Counted from the first letter of the stretch, positions 1 to 11,511 are shown. The stretch is DNA of 64,000 nucleotides from Pirellulales bacterium (GCA_963733035.1 CAVTBU010000005.1:2912001-2976000); one strand, 5' to 3'. The notes: a model not told the origin generated them from the sequence alone. A program made the numbers and translations.

Positions 1-1001
1 TGCGATAGCAGTATTGGCTTCAAATATCACCTGGAATGCCTACAACAACTTTGGCGGCCGCAGCAACTATATCCATGCGGACGAGTTGCCCTCCGCGCCG
101 ACGGTGAATGCTCGCTCGGAACTGCCTCGCTACAACGATCCAACTTTTGGCACCTGGAATGCGGAGCAGTATGCCGCCACTGTCGTTCGACAGGCCGGAG
201 CCGATCAACCACGTACCCGAACATACGGCGATTACCGATCCGATCGAAGGCCGCGCGGCGTGTCACGTGGCGCCGACCGAGTGGCGGCTGTTGGGTTGGA
301 TGGAGCGAGAACAGTTTGCGTATGATCTGTATGCCGAAACGCAATTACATGCCGGAGAGCTGGATCTCGATGCGTATCGCGTGCTGGTGGCCAGCACGCA
401 TCCGGAGTATTGGTCGCGCGACATGTACCAGGCGGTGAAACGCTGGGTGTTCGAACGTGGCGGTCGGCTCGTCTATCTCGGAGGCAATGGACTGAACTGC
501 GAAGTGTCGTTTCCGGATGCGTACACGATGATCGTGCACAACGGGGATAACCGCAAGCTACAGGCCAATTTGGCGAAGTACGAAAGCCGCTTCGGCATGC
601 GCGTCGAGTCCGAGGCGAATCTGTTGGGCGTGGTCTATACCGAGGCAGGCGTCATGACGGCGGCGCCTTACCGCATGTTGGCTGCGGATCATTGGGCAGT
701 GGCCGGCACGGGGCTTTCCAACGGCGACACGTTCGGCCAGGCCAGCCTGCACGAGCGAATTCCCGGGGGGGCCAGCGGTCACGAGACCGACAAGATCTCC
801 CCAAGTTCGCCCGTCGGAGTCGAACATCTGGCCAAGGGGTTGAACCCCGATGATGGCGGCGGCGACATCGTGCACTTTAGCACGCCGAGCGGCGGCGCGG
901 TGTTTTCGGTTGGGTCAATTGCCTGGCCCAGCAGCGTGCTGGTCGATGCCGCCGTATCGCGTATCACGGCGAACGTCCTGCGACGGTTTTCGCAAAAGTA
1001 G
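1..1001 (+). CDS. N,N-dimethylformamidase large-subunit-like protein, C-terminal part (5' truncated by window; frameshift near 172)
   Basis: Frame of ORF 14..325 gives TWNAYNNFGGRSNY; frame of ORF 108..1001 continues LSFDRP...HPEYWS...YLGGNG...SGHETD...GGAVFSVGSI, motifs typical of the DMFase beta-subunit family. Confidence 0.75.
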
Positions 1002-1120
1002 AGAGTGCTCTAGTTCTGTCCTCTTGGCGTCGCGTTGAAACCGCTTGAGCGGATGGGTCCCACTGACACGGTCCGTTGTCGGTTTCGTGGGCGCGACCGT
1101 GCGTGTCTGAAGCGAATTGC

Positions 1121-1149
1121 TTGCCGGCGGGCATCGGCTGCTCTACACT
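1121..1149 (+). promoter_or_regulatory. sigma70-type promoter TTGCCG-N17-TACACT, 7 nt before GTG 1157 (leaderless candidate)
   Basis: -35 at 1121-1126, -10 at 1144-1149; no SD before the in-frame GTG at 1157. Confidence 0.55.
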
Positions 1150-1156
1150 CCGCGTC

Positions 1157-2512
1157 GTGAGTTCGAACCGCGTTACTTCCGTCGAAGTGCTCGCCTTGCC
1201 GGGTGAGCCACCAACACGAGCTCGTTTTGGCGTCCTCGCATTCCTGTGTTCGCTTTCGTTCGTGCTCTATATCGATCGGGCTTGCATCGGCAAGGCGGCA
1301 ATTCCAATCAGCGATGACTTGGGGTTGAGCGAAGCGGAACTCGGCTATGCATTGGCTGCCTTCACGCTGGCCTACGGACTGTTTGAAGTACCAACCGGCC
1401 GCTGGGGTGACCGCTTCGGTTCTCGAGGCGTCCTGGCGCGCATCGTTGTCTGGTGGTCGATGTTCACGGCACTGACGGGAGCGGCAACCGGCCTGTGGAT
1501 GCTCGTGTCGGTGCGATTCTTATTTGGAGCGGGCGAGGCCGGAGCCTATCCGAATGCCGCGCGGGTGATTGCCCGCTGGTTTCCGATTTCCGGCCGCGGC
1601 ATGGCACAAGGATTGATGCTCACCTCGGCGCAGATTGGGGCGGCCGCAGCGCCTCCGGCGGCGCAGGCGCTGATCGACGTAGTCGGATGGCGCGGCGCGT
1701 TTGCGGTGTTCGGCTCGCTGGGCATCGTTTGGGCGCTGGCGTTCTACTACTGGTTTCGCGACGAACCAGCACAGCATCCGGGCGCGAATGACGCCGAACG
1801 AGCCCTCATCGAGCGGGGCCGGCCGGCCGCGCCCACGACCGAGCATCCGCCGATTCCCTGGCGGAGCATTTTGAAGAGCCGCAACATCTGGCTCTTGGGA
1901 CTCGTGCAAACCTGCTCGTCGGCGATCTACTACATGTTCATCAACTGGTATCCGAGCTACCTGCAACGGGGGCGCGGCGTGACCGGGCAACAGGCGGCGT
2001 GGCTGGCGTCGCTGGTGCTGGCCGGCGCCGCCCTAGGGTGCATTACGAGCGGCTACGTCAACGACAAGCTTGCGCGGCTGACGGGTTTTCATCCGGCCCG
2101 ATTTCGCCTTTACGGTTTTGCCGGAACGGCAATCGCCGCGGTATGCTTGCTCCTAAGCGTACGGGCCGAGTCGCCGCTGGCATCGAGCCTGTGGGCGGCG
2201 GCTGCCTGCGTGGGCACCATGTCGCAGCAGGCCACGTTCTGGTCGGTGACAACCGAGATCAGCGGTCGCCACCTGGGTTCGATTTTTGGTCTGATGAACT
2301 CGCTGGGCGTGCCAGGCGCGTTTGCTTCGACGCTGTTCCTGGGGCAGTTCGTCACCTGGATGAAATCCGAAGGGTACCTGGGACGGGCGCAATGGGACCC
2401 GGCGTTCTATGTTTATGCGGCCGTGCTGTTTGTCGGTGCTTGTTGCTGGCTGGCGGTGGACGCCGGCCGGCCGATCCCCGACAGTGACGCATCGGCGAGC
2501 AACGATTCCTAA
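1157..2512 (+). CDS. MFS transporter (ACS / sugar-acid family)
   Basis: YIDR in TM1, GRWGDRFGSR motif A, RFLFGAGEAGAYP, about 12 hydrophobic helices. Confidence 0.9.
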   Translation: MSSNRVTSVEVLALPGEPPTRARFGVLAFLCSLSFVLYIDRACIGKAAIPISDDLGLSEAELGYALAAFTLAYGLFEVPTGRWGDRFGSRGVLARIVVWWSMFTALTGAATGLWMLVSVRFLFGAGEAGAYPNAARVIARWFPISGRGMAQGLMLTSAQIGAAAAPPAAQALIDVVGWRGAFAVFGSLGIVWALAFYYWFRDEPAQHPGANDAERALIERGRPAAPTTEHPPIPWRSILKSRNIWLLGLVQTCSSAIYYMFINWYPSYLQRGRGVTGQQAAWLASLVLAGAALGCITSGYVNDKLARLTGFHPARFRLYGFAGTAIAAVCLLLSVRAESPLASSLWAAAACVGTMSQQATFWSVTTEISGRHLGSIFGLMNSLGVPGAFASTLFLGQFVTWMKSEGYLGRAQWDPAFYVYAAVLFVGACCWLAVDAGRPIPDSDASASNDS

Positions 2513-2524
2513 GGTTGTTTCGGT

Positions 2525-3052
2525 CTACTTCTTCTGCACGCCGAGCTCTTCCAGCATGGCGGCCATTTCGGCGGCGGCGCCTTTGGTGTTGACCATCTTG
2601 TCGATCGCTTTGATGACACCATCTGGTCCGATGTAGAACGTCCACCGCTCCGCCACCGGGCGGCCTTCGTGCACGACGCCGTAGGCGGTGGCCGTTTTCT
2701 TGCTGGGATCGCTGAGGATCGGAAAGTCGAGGTTGAGCGATTCGGCAAATTTGGTGTTTGTGTCGTTGTCGTCGACGCTGGCAGTGAAATAGGCCACGTC
2801 GTAGGCCTTGATTGCCTTGCCGTTTTCCTTCATGTTCTTGCACTCGGCCGTGCAGCCCCCGGTAAAGGCCTTGGGGAACCAGGCAATGACCACGGCCTTC
2901 TTGCCCGCGAAATCCGCGAGCGAATACTCCTTGCCATCAGACGCTTGCAGCTTGAAGTCGGGGGCTTTTTCGCCGACCTCCGGGGCCGCGGCCTGGGCGA
3001 CACTCGAACCGACCAACAGACACGATGCGACAAAGGCGAGCGGGTGTTTCAT
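2525..3052 (-). CDS. Peroxiredoxin (BCP/PrxQ, AhpC-TSA family) with signal peptide
   Basis: FPKAFTGGCTAEC active-site motif, APDFKL, FPILSD; N-terminal signal ending AQA. Confidence 0.9.
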   Translation of the reverse strand: MKHPLAFVASCLLVGSSVAQAAAPEVGEKAPDFKLQASDGKEYSLADFAGKKAVVIAWFPKAFTGGCTAECKNMKENGKAIKAYDVAYFTASVDDNDTNTKFAESLNLDFPILSDPSKKTATAYGVVHEGRPVAERWTFYIGPDGVIKAIDKMVNTKGAAAEMAAMLEELGVQKK

Positions 3053-3073
3053 GATGACCATCTCCTGAAGGAA

Positions 3074-4273
3074 TTATGTCGGAGCGCCGCAATAGAGCGA
3101 CGGCTCTGGAGCTCGGTAGTGAACTTTGAGTTCGGGGGTCGGCAGGCGGCGATGGCCTTGCACCTTGGAATCGAGACAGCGGTCGAGAATGCCGCATACC
3201 AACTGCGTCCGTTCGACGGGGTAGGGGGGCACACCGGTCGTGATCATCTCCTCGACGCCGTGCATCAGGCATGTGGAATACGCCACGTTCGGCGTGACGG
3301 GCAGCAGGAATTGCGTCGAGACGATCGATTGATCCTCACGCAATCGGCTGGCGAACGTGTAATCCTGCACGGCGCCGTTGAGCATCAGGAGCGTGGCACG
3401 CAGGCCGTCGTTGTATTGGATCAAGTACGCCGCCGGATTCTCGACAAGACTTTCCACTTCACCGCCACGAGTCCAATCCTGCGTGCGGCCGTCCTGCATT
3501 CCGAGTCCACTCCGCGAGGTCGATCGCGAGAGGGCCGCTTCCAGTAAACGTCGCGACCAGCGTCCGTCGGAGCCGGCTTTCCAGACCTCGGGACCTTCAA
3601 TGAGCTGCACGGCGCGGACGCCCGTTTCGCCTCCGCGGCGGCGTTCGAGCATGCACTGCATGGCTTCGAGCGCGTGGAAGTCCATCGCGTCGGATCCGCC
3701 AACCCCGATCATCAGGGCTTCGTCGATCATCGCGCCATAGGGCACGTCCACCGGCGGCAATCGCCAAGTGACCGGCAAACTCGATCCGGCCAACATCGGA
3801 AAGCCGAGTCGCTTCGACGTCGCGACCATCTTGCTCGCCTTCTCGAAGCTGTACGACAAGTGCTTGTCATTGAAGACCGGTACGCTACGGCCGTCTTCCT
3901 CGAAAACCTGGGCCACCTGCTCGAAGAATTCGTAGCGCGGATATTGAATTTGTCCCTTTTCATTGACGGGATAATCACCATGCTCGCCGATGACCACCAC
4001 GCCGTCGACGGCCAGCTTGTCAGTACCGCAGCGCAGTGCCTCGGCGATCGTGGGATAGACCTCGAAGCCGAACTCCTTGGCGCGGGCTTCGCTTTGATCG
4101 CCTTCAGGATGCTGATCGACGTATAGCGATACGACCTTGAGCGGTGATGTATGCCAACGTCCATCCCACGGATAGCCGACTAGAAAGCGATCGCCCATGT
4201 GCTGGGCGTGCGACAAATATCGCCAGACAGTGGTGACGATGGCAATCCGTTTGTCAGGTTGCTGTTCGTTCAT
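3074..4273 (-). CDS. Conserved Gfo/Idh/MocA-like oxidoreductase-fold protein, no signal peptide
   Basis: VDGVVVIGEHGDYP, FNDKHLS, AGSSLP, DFHALE; paralog of the adjacent gene. Confidence 0.65.
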   Translation of the reverse strand: MNEQQPDKRIAIVTTVWRYLSHAQHMGDRFLVGYPWDGRWHTSPLKVVSLYVDQHPEGDQSEARAKEFGFEVYPTIAEALRCGTDKLAVDGVVVIGEHGDYPVNEKGQIQYPRYEFFEQVAQVFEEDGRSVPVFNDKHLSYSFEKASKMVATSKRLGFPMLAGSSLPVTWRLPPVDVPYGAMIDEALMIGVGGSDAMDFHALEAMQCMLERRRGGETGVRAVQLIEGPEVWKAGSDGRWSRRLLEAALSRSTSRSGLGMQDGRTQDWTRGGEVESLVENPAAYLIQYNDGLRATLLMLNGAVQDYTFASRLREDQSIVSTQFLLPVTPNVAYSTCLMHGVEEMITTGVPPYPVERTQLVCGILDRCLDSKVQGHRRLPTPELKVHYRAPEPSLYCGAPT

Positions 4274-4278
4274 CGCGG

Positions 4279-5592
4279 CTAGCTCCTGCGAAACGTCGAT
4301 TGCGGGTTCGGCTGGTAAGCGATCTTCAGGTGTGGCGTGTCGAGCAGTTTGCTCTTTTGCCAGAGGGATTCGACGCCAGCGTTGACCAGTCCCGAGGTCA
4401 GTAGCGTGCGCTCGAGCGGTTGCGTTGGCTGGCCGGAATGGATGAACTTCTCGATTTGCCAGACCAGGGCGTCGAAGTTGTGCGGCTGGGTTTGCCGTGT
4501 TCCGCCGAGGTAGAACTGCGTGGAGAGCGGATCGGTCTGGTTTTTCAGCCGGGCGGCGAACGTTATATCGCCGACCAGGCCGTTCAAGAGCAGCATCGTG
4601 GCCTTCAGGCCGTCGTAGTACTCGAAACGATAGGCGACCGGGTCCGCCACCATCCGGCGCATGTCGGCCGCGGTGGGGTATATGTGGCTAAAACCCTCGC
4701 GAGCCGGAGTCAGTTCGTGGCTGCGGCACAGACAGGCTTCGAACAAGTCGCCGTCGCAACCGCCGCTATTCCAGTTGCCGGCTTCGAGAAGTTTCCAGAC
4801 GTCGTCGCCCCGCAGAGCCTGCAATTGCTTGACGCCGCATTCTCCCCCCTTGCGTCGCTCGACCAGCGCCTGGATGGCTTCCAGAGCGTGGAAGTCGTAG
4901 CTGTCGACGTTCCCGTTGCCGACCGACACGACCTCTTCAACCTCGGACCCCAGCGGCATTTCAACCGAGGGCAGGCGCCATGTGAGGGGCACGCTGGAGC
5001 CGGCGGCAAACGGAAACGGCATTTCGTGAGCGGTATCGAACATCTCTCGCGACCAATCCCAACTCCAGGACAGGTGCTTGTCGTTAAACACCGGCACGCC
5101 GCGGTTGCTTTTTCGAAAAACGTCAACCGTTTGCTGAAAGAATTCGTAGCGTGGATAGAGCGTCTGGCCTTTTTCATTGACCTGGTAGGATCCGTGCTCG
5201 CCGATGATCAACACGCCATCGACGGCCAGTTTATCGCCCCCCAGGCACAGCGCTTCGCGGATCGACGGGTAGATTCCCAACTGCTCGAAGCGGCCGGCAC
5301 GCTCGCGGCTCAGGTCTCCCTCGGGGAATTGGTCCACGTACATCGAAACCAGGTCGAGCTGCGGCCGATAGTGAGCACCTTCCCAGCCGTAGCCCTCGAG
5401 AACACGATCGAGGATCACCTCGGCGTGCGTGTTACGGGTGAAAATGGTGAGTAGGGCGGCGATCTTGGGACGCTGCTTCGAAACCGCCTTTTCGTCGCCG
5501 AGTACCAGCTGCGTCGGGTTGAGTGCCAACAGCGCCGAGGCAGGCATCGCGGCCAGGACGCTACGGCGGGAAACTTTCAGGGGTTCTGACAT
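4279..5592 (-). CDS. Conserved Gfo/Idh/MocA-like oxidoreductase-fold protein with Tat-like signal
   Basis: SRRSVL plus hydrophobic stretch; VDGVLIIGEHGSY, FNDKHLS, AGSSVP, DFHALE. Confidence 0.65.
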   Translation of the reverse strand: MSEPLKVSRRSVLAAMPASALLALNPTQLVLGDEKAVSKQRPKIAALLTIFTRNTHAEVILDRVLEGYGWEGAHYRPQLDLVSMYVDQFPEGDLSRERAGRFEQLGIYPSIREALCLGGDKLAVDGVLIIGEHGSYQVNEKGQTLYPRYEFFQQTVDVFRKSNRGVPVFNDKHLSWSWDWSREMFDTAHEMPFPFAAGSSVPLTWRLPSVEMPLGSEVEEVVSVGNGNVDSYDFHALEAIQALVERRKGGECGVKQLQALRGDDVWKLLEAGNWNSGGCDGDLFEACLCRSHELTPAREGFSHIYPTAADMRRMVADPVAYRFEYYDGLKATMLLLNGLVGDITFAARLKNQTDPLSTQFYLGGTRQTQPHNFDALVWQIEKFIHSGQPTQPLERTLLTSGLVNAGVESLWQKSKLLDTPHLKIAYQPNPQSTFRRS

Positions 5593-5598
5593 CGCAGG

Positions 5599-6354
5599 TT
5601 AACTCCAGCGGCTGCCGTTCCAGTCAATTACGCGGCGCAGCAGATCGACCACGCCGGCCGAGAAACCAGCCAGCAGCGTTTCCCCCTTGGCGGCAGTCGC
5701 CACCGCAGGGTCGCCAATGTGTCCGGCCTCGCTACGGTCTTTTGTCGTCCAGGGGCGCATCGCCGGTTCCAGCCCATGATGCGGGTTTACGGGTTGAGCC
5801 TTTTGGTAATCGCCCGCGAGCTGCGGTGTGAGTGCCAGGATCATCGACGTCTCCCACTCGCAGGCATGCTGCATGGCTGTTTGCTCGATGGAGGAGTCGG
5901 CCTCATGTGGCGGCGCGCCGAGTGTCCAGTAGGCGGCGAACAGCAGCAACAGGTCGTCGCGTTCGCGATACCGCTGGCGGATTTCAAACAGCGCCTGTTG
6001 ACCGGGGACATTGTTGCCGCCGTGGCCGTTGACGATCACGATCCGCTTGAATCCGTGCTTGAGGAAGTTTTCGACCATGTCGACCACCAGGTCGATATAC
6101 GTCCGCGGGGCGGCGGACATCGTGCCGGCGAAGTCGAGATGATGGGACGAGTTGCCCAGCCACATCACTGGCGCGAGCAGGATCTGTTCGCTTAGCTCGG
6201 CTTCCGCGCGGCGCGTGACTTCGCCGACGAGCATGCTGTCGGTAAACAGCGGCAGGTGATGCCCATGTTGTTCGAGCGCCGCGGTGGGTATTACCACGGG
6301 CACGTTCGGCGACAACGCGGCCACCTGGGGCCAGGACATTTCGGCGAGTTTCAC
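5599..6354 (-). CDS. Creatininase family amidohydrolase
   Basis: EQHGHHLPLFTD, NGHGGN, HACEWETS; GTG start at 6354. Confidence 0.9.
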   Translation of the reverse strand: MKLAEMSWPQVAALSPNVPVVIPTAALEQHGHHLPLFTDSMLVGEVTRRAEAELSEQILLAPVMWLGNSSHHLDFAGTMSAAPRTYIDLVVDMVENFLKHGFKRIVIVNGHGGNNVPGQQALFEIRQRYRERDDLLLLFAAYWTLGAPPHEADSSIEQTAMQHACEWETSMILALTPQLAGDYQKAQPVNPHHGLEPAMRPWTTKDRSEAGHIGDPAVATAAKGETLLAGFSAGVVDLLRRVIDWNGSRWS

Positions 6355-6409
6355 GGTGGGCTTTCGTCGGCAGGGCGAGGGTGTGGCGGGGCGGCGACCA
6401 AGCGTGCTG

Positions 6410-7798
6410 CTAGGGTGCCCCGATGCAGTATAAATGCTCGCGGCCGCGAAGGAAAATTTCGTGCCCCACGATGGCCGCCGAAGCGTCGATTCGATCGTCA
6501 AGCTGGTTGGTGGCGATGATCTTCACCTCGGACTTGTCGCCAACGGTTTCAAACTTGCCGCTCTCGAAGACCACGGTTGTACCCTCGCGGCTCGTGAAGT
6601 AAATGCGTCCGGCCGCTCCGACGGGGGAGGAATAGATGTTGGAGATTCCCTGGAGCCGTTGCTTCTCGACGATGGGCTCACCCGTGGCTGCGTTGTAACA
6701 GGAAAGGATTCCCTTGTTGCCGGCGGTAAAGTACAGCAGTTCACCGTCGATGAGCGGCGAGGGGACGTAGGGAGTGCCGACCTTACGGGTCTTCCAGGCA
6801 ATCTTCTCTTCGTCCGTGGTGATGTCGCCGCTGCTTTCCAGCGGAATTGCATAGAGCGAGTTGGTGATGAAGCCGGTCATGGCGAAGATGCGCTGCCCGT
6901 CGGTGACGGGCGTGGGAATCGCGCTGGGACCCTGACCGCCACAGGCCCAGATCAATTCGCCCGTTTGGAGATCGTAACTACGGACGCGCGTCGACCCGTT
7001 AATGACGACTTGCGTGCGACCACCCACGTCGACGATCAGCGGCGTGGCCCAGGTGGTGTTCTCGTCGCGATCGACCTTCCAGCGAGTGTCCCCGGTCGCG
7101 GCGTCGAGGCAGATCAGGAATGAGCCGCCCTGGTGATCCCAATTCACGATTACCGAATCGCCGCGGACGACCGGCGACGTACCTTCACCGAAGGCGTTGA
7201 AGATCCACATCCGTCCAAGGTCGCGGTTCCAGAGTTGCTTGCCGTCGAAATCGTAGCAGTAGATGCCGCGTGAACCGAAGGAAACGTAGAGCCGCTTGCC
7301 GTCGGTGCTGGGCGAAGCCGAGGCATAGCTGCCGTCGGGGTGATGACCTTCGTGCGGGACGTCCTCCTTGGCGACGTCCTGCCACAGTGTTTTGCCGCTG
7401 GCGCGATCGACGCACAACACGACGAACTGAAAGTAGTGCTTCGGTGGCTCGCCCATATTGCGAAAACCACGCTTCGAACTTGGCGGTGCCTTGCTCGCCT
7501 CGGCCAGTGCTTCGGGCACCGGCTCGGGCTCCCCGTCACGATCCGTTTCGATGGCCGTGGTCAGAAAGATCTTGTCGCCCCAGATGATCGGCGTGGCCGT
7601 GCTATCGCCCGGAATCTTGCTCTTCCAGCGAACATTCGTGTCCTCGTTCCAATGGGTCGGCGGATCCGCGTGCGGAGCCAAACCGTTGGCGAGCGGCCCG
7701 CGCCATTGGGGCCAGTTGTCGAGGGGGATGTTGTCTTGTGCAAATAGTGTCGCAACGAGGAAATAGCTCGTGCCAAAAACAAATGCTGCCAGTCGCAT
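6410..7798 (-). CDS. PQQ-like beta-propeller repeat protein (BamB-like), secreted
   Basis: Signal peptide, NWPQWRGP, repeated W-docking motifs (LDAATGDTRW, YDLQTGELIW). Confidence 0.88.
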   Translation of the reverse strand: MRLAAFVFGTSYFLVATLFAQDNIPLDNWPQWRGPLANGLAPHADPPTHWNEDTNVRWKSKIPGDSTATPIIWGDKIFLTTAIETDRDGEPEPVPEALAEASKAPPSSKRGFRNMGEPPKHYFQFVVLCVDRASGKTLWQDVAKEDVPHEGHHPDGSYASASPSTDGKRLYVSFGSRGIYCYDFDGKQLWNRDLGRMWIFNAFGEGTSPVVRGDSVIVNWDHQGGSFLICLDAATGDTRWKVDRDENTTWATPLIVDVGGRTQVVINGSTRVRSYDLQTGELIWACGGQGPSAIPTPVTDGQRIFAMTGFITNSLYAIPLESSGDITTDEEKIAWKTRKVGTPYVPSPLIDGELLYFTAGNKGILSCYNAATGEPIVEKQRLQGISNIYSSPVGAAGRIYFTSREGTTVVFESGKFETVGDKSEVKIIATNQLDDRIDASAAIVGHEIFLRGREHLYCIGAP

Positions 7799-7925
7799 AC
7801 CGCTGTCCCCTGACTTGAATGGTTGCCGCACGCCAGCCGAAATTGCGAGCGCGGAACGAATCGAGGAAGTTTGCCTCAGGCGCGTTCCGGGCATGCACTG
7901 CTGGTCGTGCACGTCCCGAATAAGC

Positions 7926-10900
7926 TTACCGCAACGAGTGTAAAAACGCGATCAAATCGGCAAGCTCTTGCCGGCTCAGCTGGGCTTCCATCCCCTCGGG
8001 CATGATCGAAACCGTGCTTTGCGACAGCGTTTCGATGTCGGAGCGGGGTACGCGCGTCTCGACACGCTGGGTCGAAAACAGGTAGATCGCGTCCGGAGTC
8101 TCGCGAGTAATGACGCCGGTATGCACCTGTCCGGACGAGGTGACCGCGGTAAAGGCCTCGTAGCCGCGAGCGAAGCTGACGCTGGGGAGCACAATCGCTT
8201 CCAGCAAGTCGCGAGGCGTCCGGATGGCGCCGATCTTGCTCAGATCGGGGCCGACGCGGCCTCCCTGGCCTTGGACGGTGTGGCAGGTGGCGCAGATTGC
8301 TTTCTGGTTGCCGAAGAACAAGTCGCGTCCTCGCTGGATCTCGCCGCCGGAGACGACGTCGGTGAGCGAAGCAAGTTTCGCTTGCTGCTTGGCGACGTCA
8401 ACCGTCAGCTTGTCGAACACCGGCCGCGCGGCCTCCTTCACTTCACTCGGGTACGCAGCAAGGACGCCAATGAGTAGTTCGCCCTGAATACTCCGCAAGC
8501 CTGGCGAGCGATCGAGCGCGGCGACCAGCTTGCGGCCAAGTTCGGCATCGCGCGATTGTTCGAACGCCCGAACCAATCGCGGCACCTCAAGAACGCTGCT
8601 CGTGGCAATTGCATTACACAGTGACGATAGTTGCTGCTGATTGAGCGCGGCCTTGCCCAAGGCATCGGCGGCATCGAGTCGCACCAGTGGTGGTTGTTCC
8701 TGGTCAAGACTGGCAAGCAGGAATGCGAACATTTCTGGCGTTACCGAGGATAGTCGCAGCGCAACCGTTGCGGCGGCCTGAGTTCGCAGTTCGGCCGGCC
8801 GGTTGGCATCGAGCACGATTGTCAACAGTGGTCCGTCGAATGCGCCAGCGTTAACATCCGGCAGTGCGTTGTTGGCGCCGCGATAGAATTCAGCCACCAG
8901 GCCGGGTTCGAGCGAGTCGCTGCTCGACGCGTGATGGAAAAGCACTTCTGCCGGAACGACCTGCTGTGAATCGCCCTGAACCATCCAGGAAAGAATGCAG
9001 CCTGCCCCACCACCTTCCTCGATGAAGTCGAGGGTGATGGGATGATCGCCGGCCTGAAGTTGCAATTCCGCCGACCGCTCGCGCATGCCATGGGAACCGC
9101 TGTTGTCGACGACGAGCTTGCCGTCGATGAACAACTGGGAGCCGTCGTCGGAATTGGTGGCGAAGCTATATTTATCGTCACGGGGAATGCGAATCACGCC
9201 GCTCCAACGGACGCTGAACGCGCCAACCAGTTCCGTGCCGGCGAAAGGACCCTCGGTGACGGAATAGTCGACCTGCCGATCCGTGCGCGTCAAAACCGGG
9301 CGGCTGTCTTGAGGCCTGGCCCGGAGCGTGGCTACGGCCTGCTGCACGACCCTCGCGTCGCGGTCGGCCAACGATTGCTTGATTGCCGAGACCCAGGCCG
9401 GCGGCAAACTTTCCGGCGCCGATTGAGCCATGACTTCCAAGCAAAGCAGCCGTGTTTCCGCGGGCGTCTGGCGAATTTCGATCGCGCCGGCCAACAGCGT
9501 TTGCACGTCCGCATCACCGGAAAATGCCAAGAGCTGTTGTCGCAAGGCGTCGCGCTGGGCATCGTCGTCACTCTTGCGGGCCAACCACTGGCGAAAGTAG
9601 GGAAGCATCGCCTGGCCCCAATCGGCATGGTGGGCGATGACCCAGAGTGCGGTTTGCCTCAGTTGTGGTTCCGCCGGATCGAGAAACGGCGTCACCTGCT
9701 CGGGAGTCAAACCACCCCCGTCCATCTGATCGAGCGCGATCAGGGCGCCGCGCTTCGTCGCCGCCGCGGTCGCTTTCAAACCCTTGGCTGTCTCCGCCGG
9801 ATCATCAATGGAGATCAACGCGAAGATGGTGGCATGTTCCAGAAAACGGTCGACGGGTGTTCCCAGCGCTTCTGAGCAGCGCGGGCACTGACGCGGCGTC
9901 ACCGATTCGACCCAGGGCAGTTGCCGCTTCACGCCGCACGGGGGCGTCGTCGTCCTTGGCCAGGTTTTCCAAAATAACCCGCGCTGCGGAATCCCGATGT
10001 AGACCTGCGGAGCGGGCTGCCGCCTGACGCACGCTAGCGTTGCGGTCAGCAAGTGCAGTGCGAACCGCTTTCCGCGCGGACTCGTCGTCAATGCGCATGA
10101 GCGCCCACACGGCGGCACATTTCATGTCGGCGTCGTTTTCGGAAGCAATCACGTGTGCAAGCGCGGGAACCGCTGCGGATCTCAGGCGGGCGATTTCAAC
10201 CATTGCCCGCTCCTGCACGGCGAAACGTTCATCGCCGAGCAGATCGCAGAGTCGTTCGGGACTGAGCGACTTCCAGGCGATCTTGAGCCCGCGAGAGTCG
10301 TCTAGCTTCTTGGCATCCTGGCGACGGACACGATAGATGGCGCCCAAAATATCGGGTTTGGCAACTTGCGAGGTGGGGCAGCCAATGCGGAACCAACCGC
10401 CCGTATTGATCACCAGCAGGCTGCCGTCGGCATCCTGAAACACATCGGTCGGATGGAAGTCGGGGTCGCTGGAGACGAGAAAATCTTCGTTGCGGCAAGC
10501 GAACGTCGCGCCATTGGGCGTGATATTGTGACGCACGATCTTGTGCATGTTGAACAGGGCCGAGAACAACTGCCCACGTGAGGCTTCACCGAGCGCATTT
10601 CCCCGGCAGAGCATGATGTCGCTGGAAGCCGAAACGCCCAGGTGCGTCAGCGGTGGCAGCAAGTCGCCGGTGCGCTTGTGCTCATCAGGGTCTCGACCAC
10701 GGACCGGATACTCTGCGCCATCGATGCAATGAACAACCGCATCGCGCAGGCCGGCACCCATCGAGTCGGAAGCCAGAAAGGTGCCGCTGGAAAACATGTC
10801 GCCCTCGCGCGTGAAAGCCACGCCCACGGCATTGCCCTGAGAACCACAGACGATCTCCAGGTCGGAACCGTCGGGCCGACAACGGAGCACGAGCGGAACC

Positions 10901-11511
10901 GTGCCGCGACGTATCACTTTGCCGCCGGGGCGGTGGATCTCGTGCGGGAAGCGGCCTGCGCACCAGTACAGGCGGCCGTCGGGGCCGAGGCTGCCGCCAT
11001 GTAAATCGTCGGCCACGCCGGTGTTGGCGAAGCCGGTGACAAGCTGCTCGCGTGTATCGGCTTTGTCATCGCCGTCGGTATCGGTCAATTTCCAGAAGCT
11101 GGGAGGCGAGGAGCAATAGACGGCGCCGTCATGCCACACGATGCCTTGCGGAAACACCATTTTGTCGGCAAACACCGTGCTCTTGTCGAACCGTCCGTCG
11201 CCATCGGTGTCCGTGAGCAGGCGAATCACGTGCGGAGGGTTCTTGCTAAGCTCAGCTCCGCGCAAATTCACGCCGGCTGAATCGCATACATAGAGCCGCC
11301 CCTGGTCGTCGAATGCCGCCAGCATGGGCCGCTCCACGAGCGGCGGCGCGGCGACGACTTCGACGGTGAACCCATCAGGGACGGAAATGCTGGCCACTGC
11401 GCGGTCAACCGTTTGCGCGGGCTCGTCGCACTTCGCCGGCGCGGCGAGCGCGATAATCGCCAAGACGAGGTGCAACGCGAGCGGCCGATACGGCGAATTT
11501 GATCGCGACAT
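7926..11511 (-). CDS. PVC-type heme-binding protein: dehydrogenase-like propeller, HEAT repeats, PA14 and cytochrome c (frameshift near 9870)
   Basis: ORF 9805..11523 (VPDGFTVEVVA, DTDGDGRFD, DFHPTDV) joins ORF 7926..10118 (FSVRWSG...SDDGSQLFIDG PA14; CATCH...GPDLSKIG...SIMPEG). Confidence 0.85.

Noticed and set aside
2830..2880. Possible selenocysteine at the peroxiredoxin active site
   Set aside because: Both codons are TGC and the frame is open
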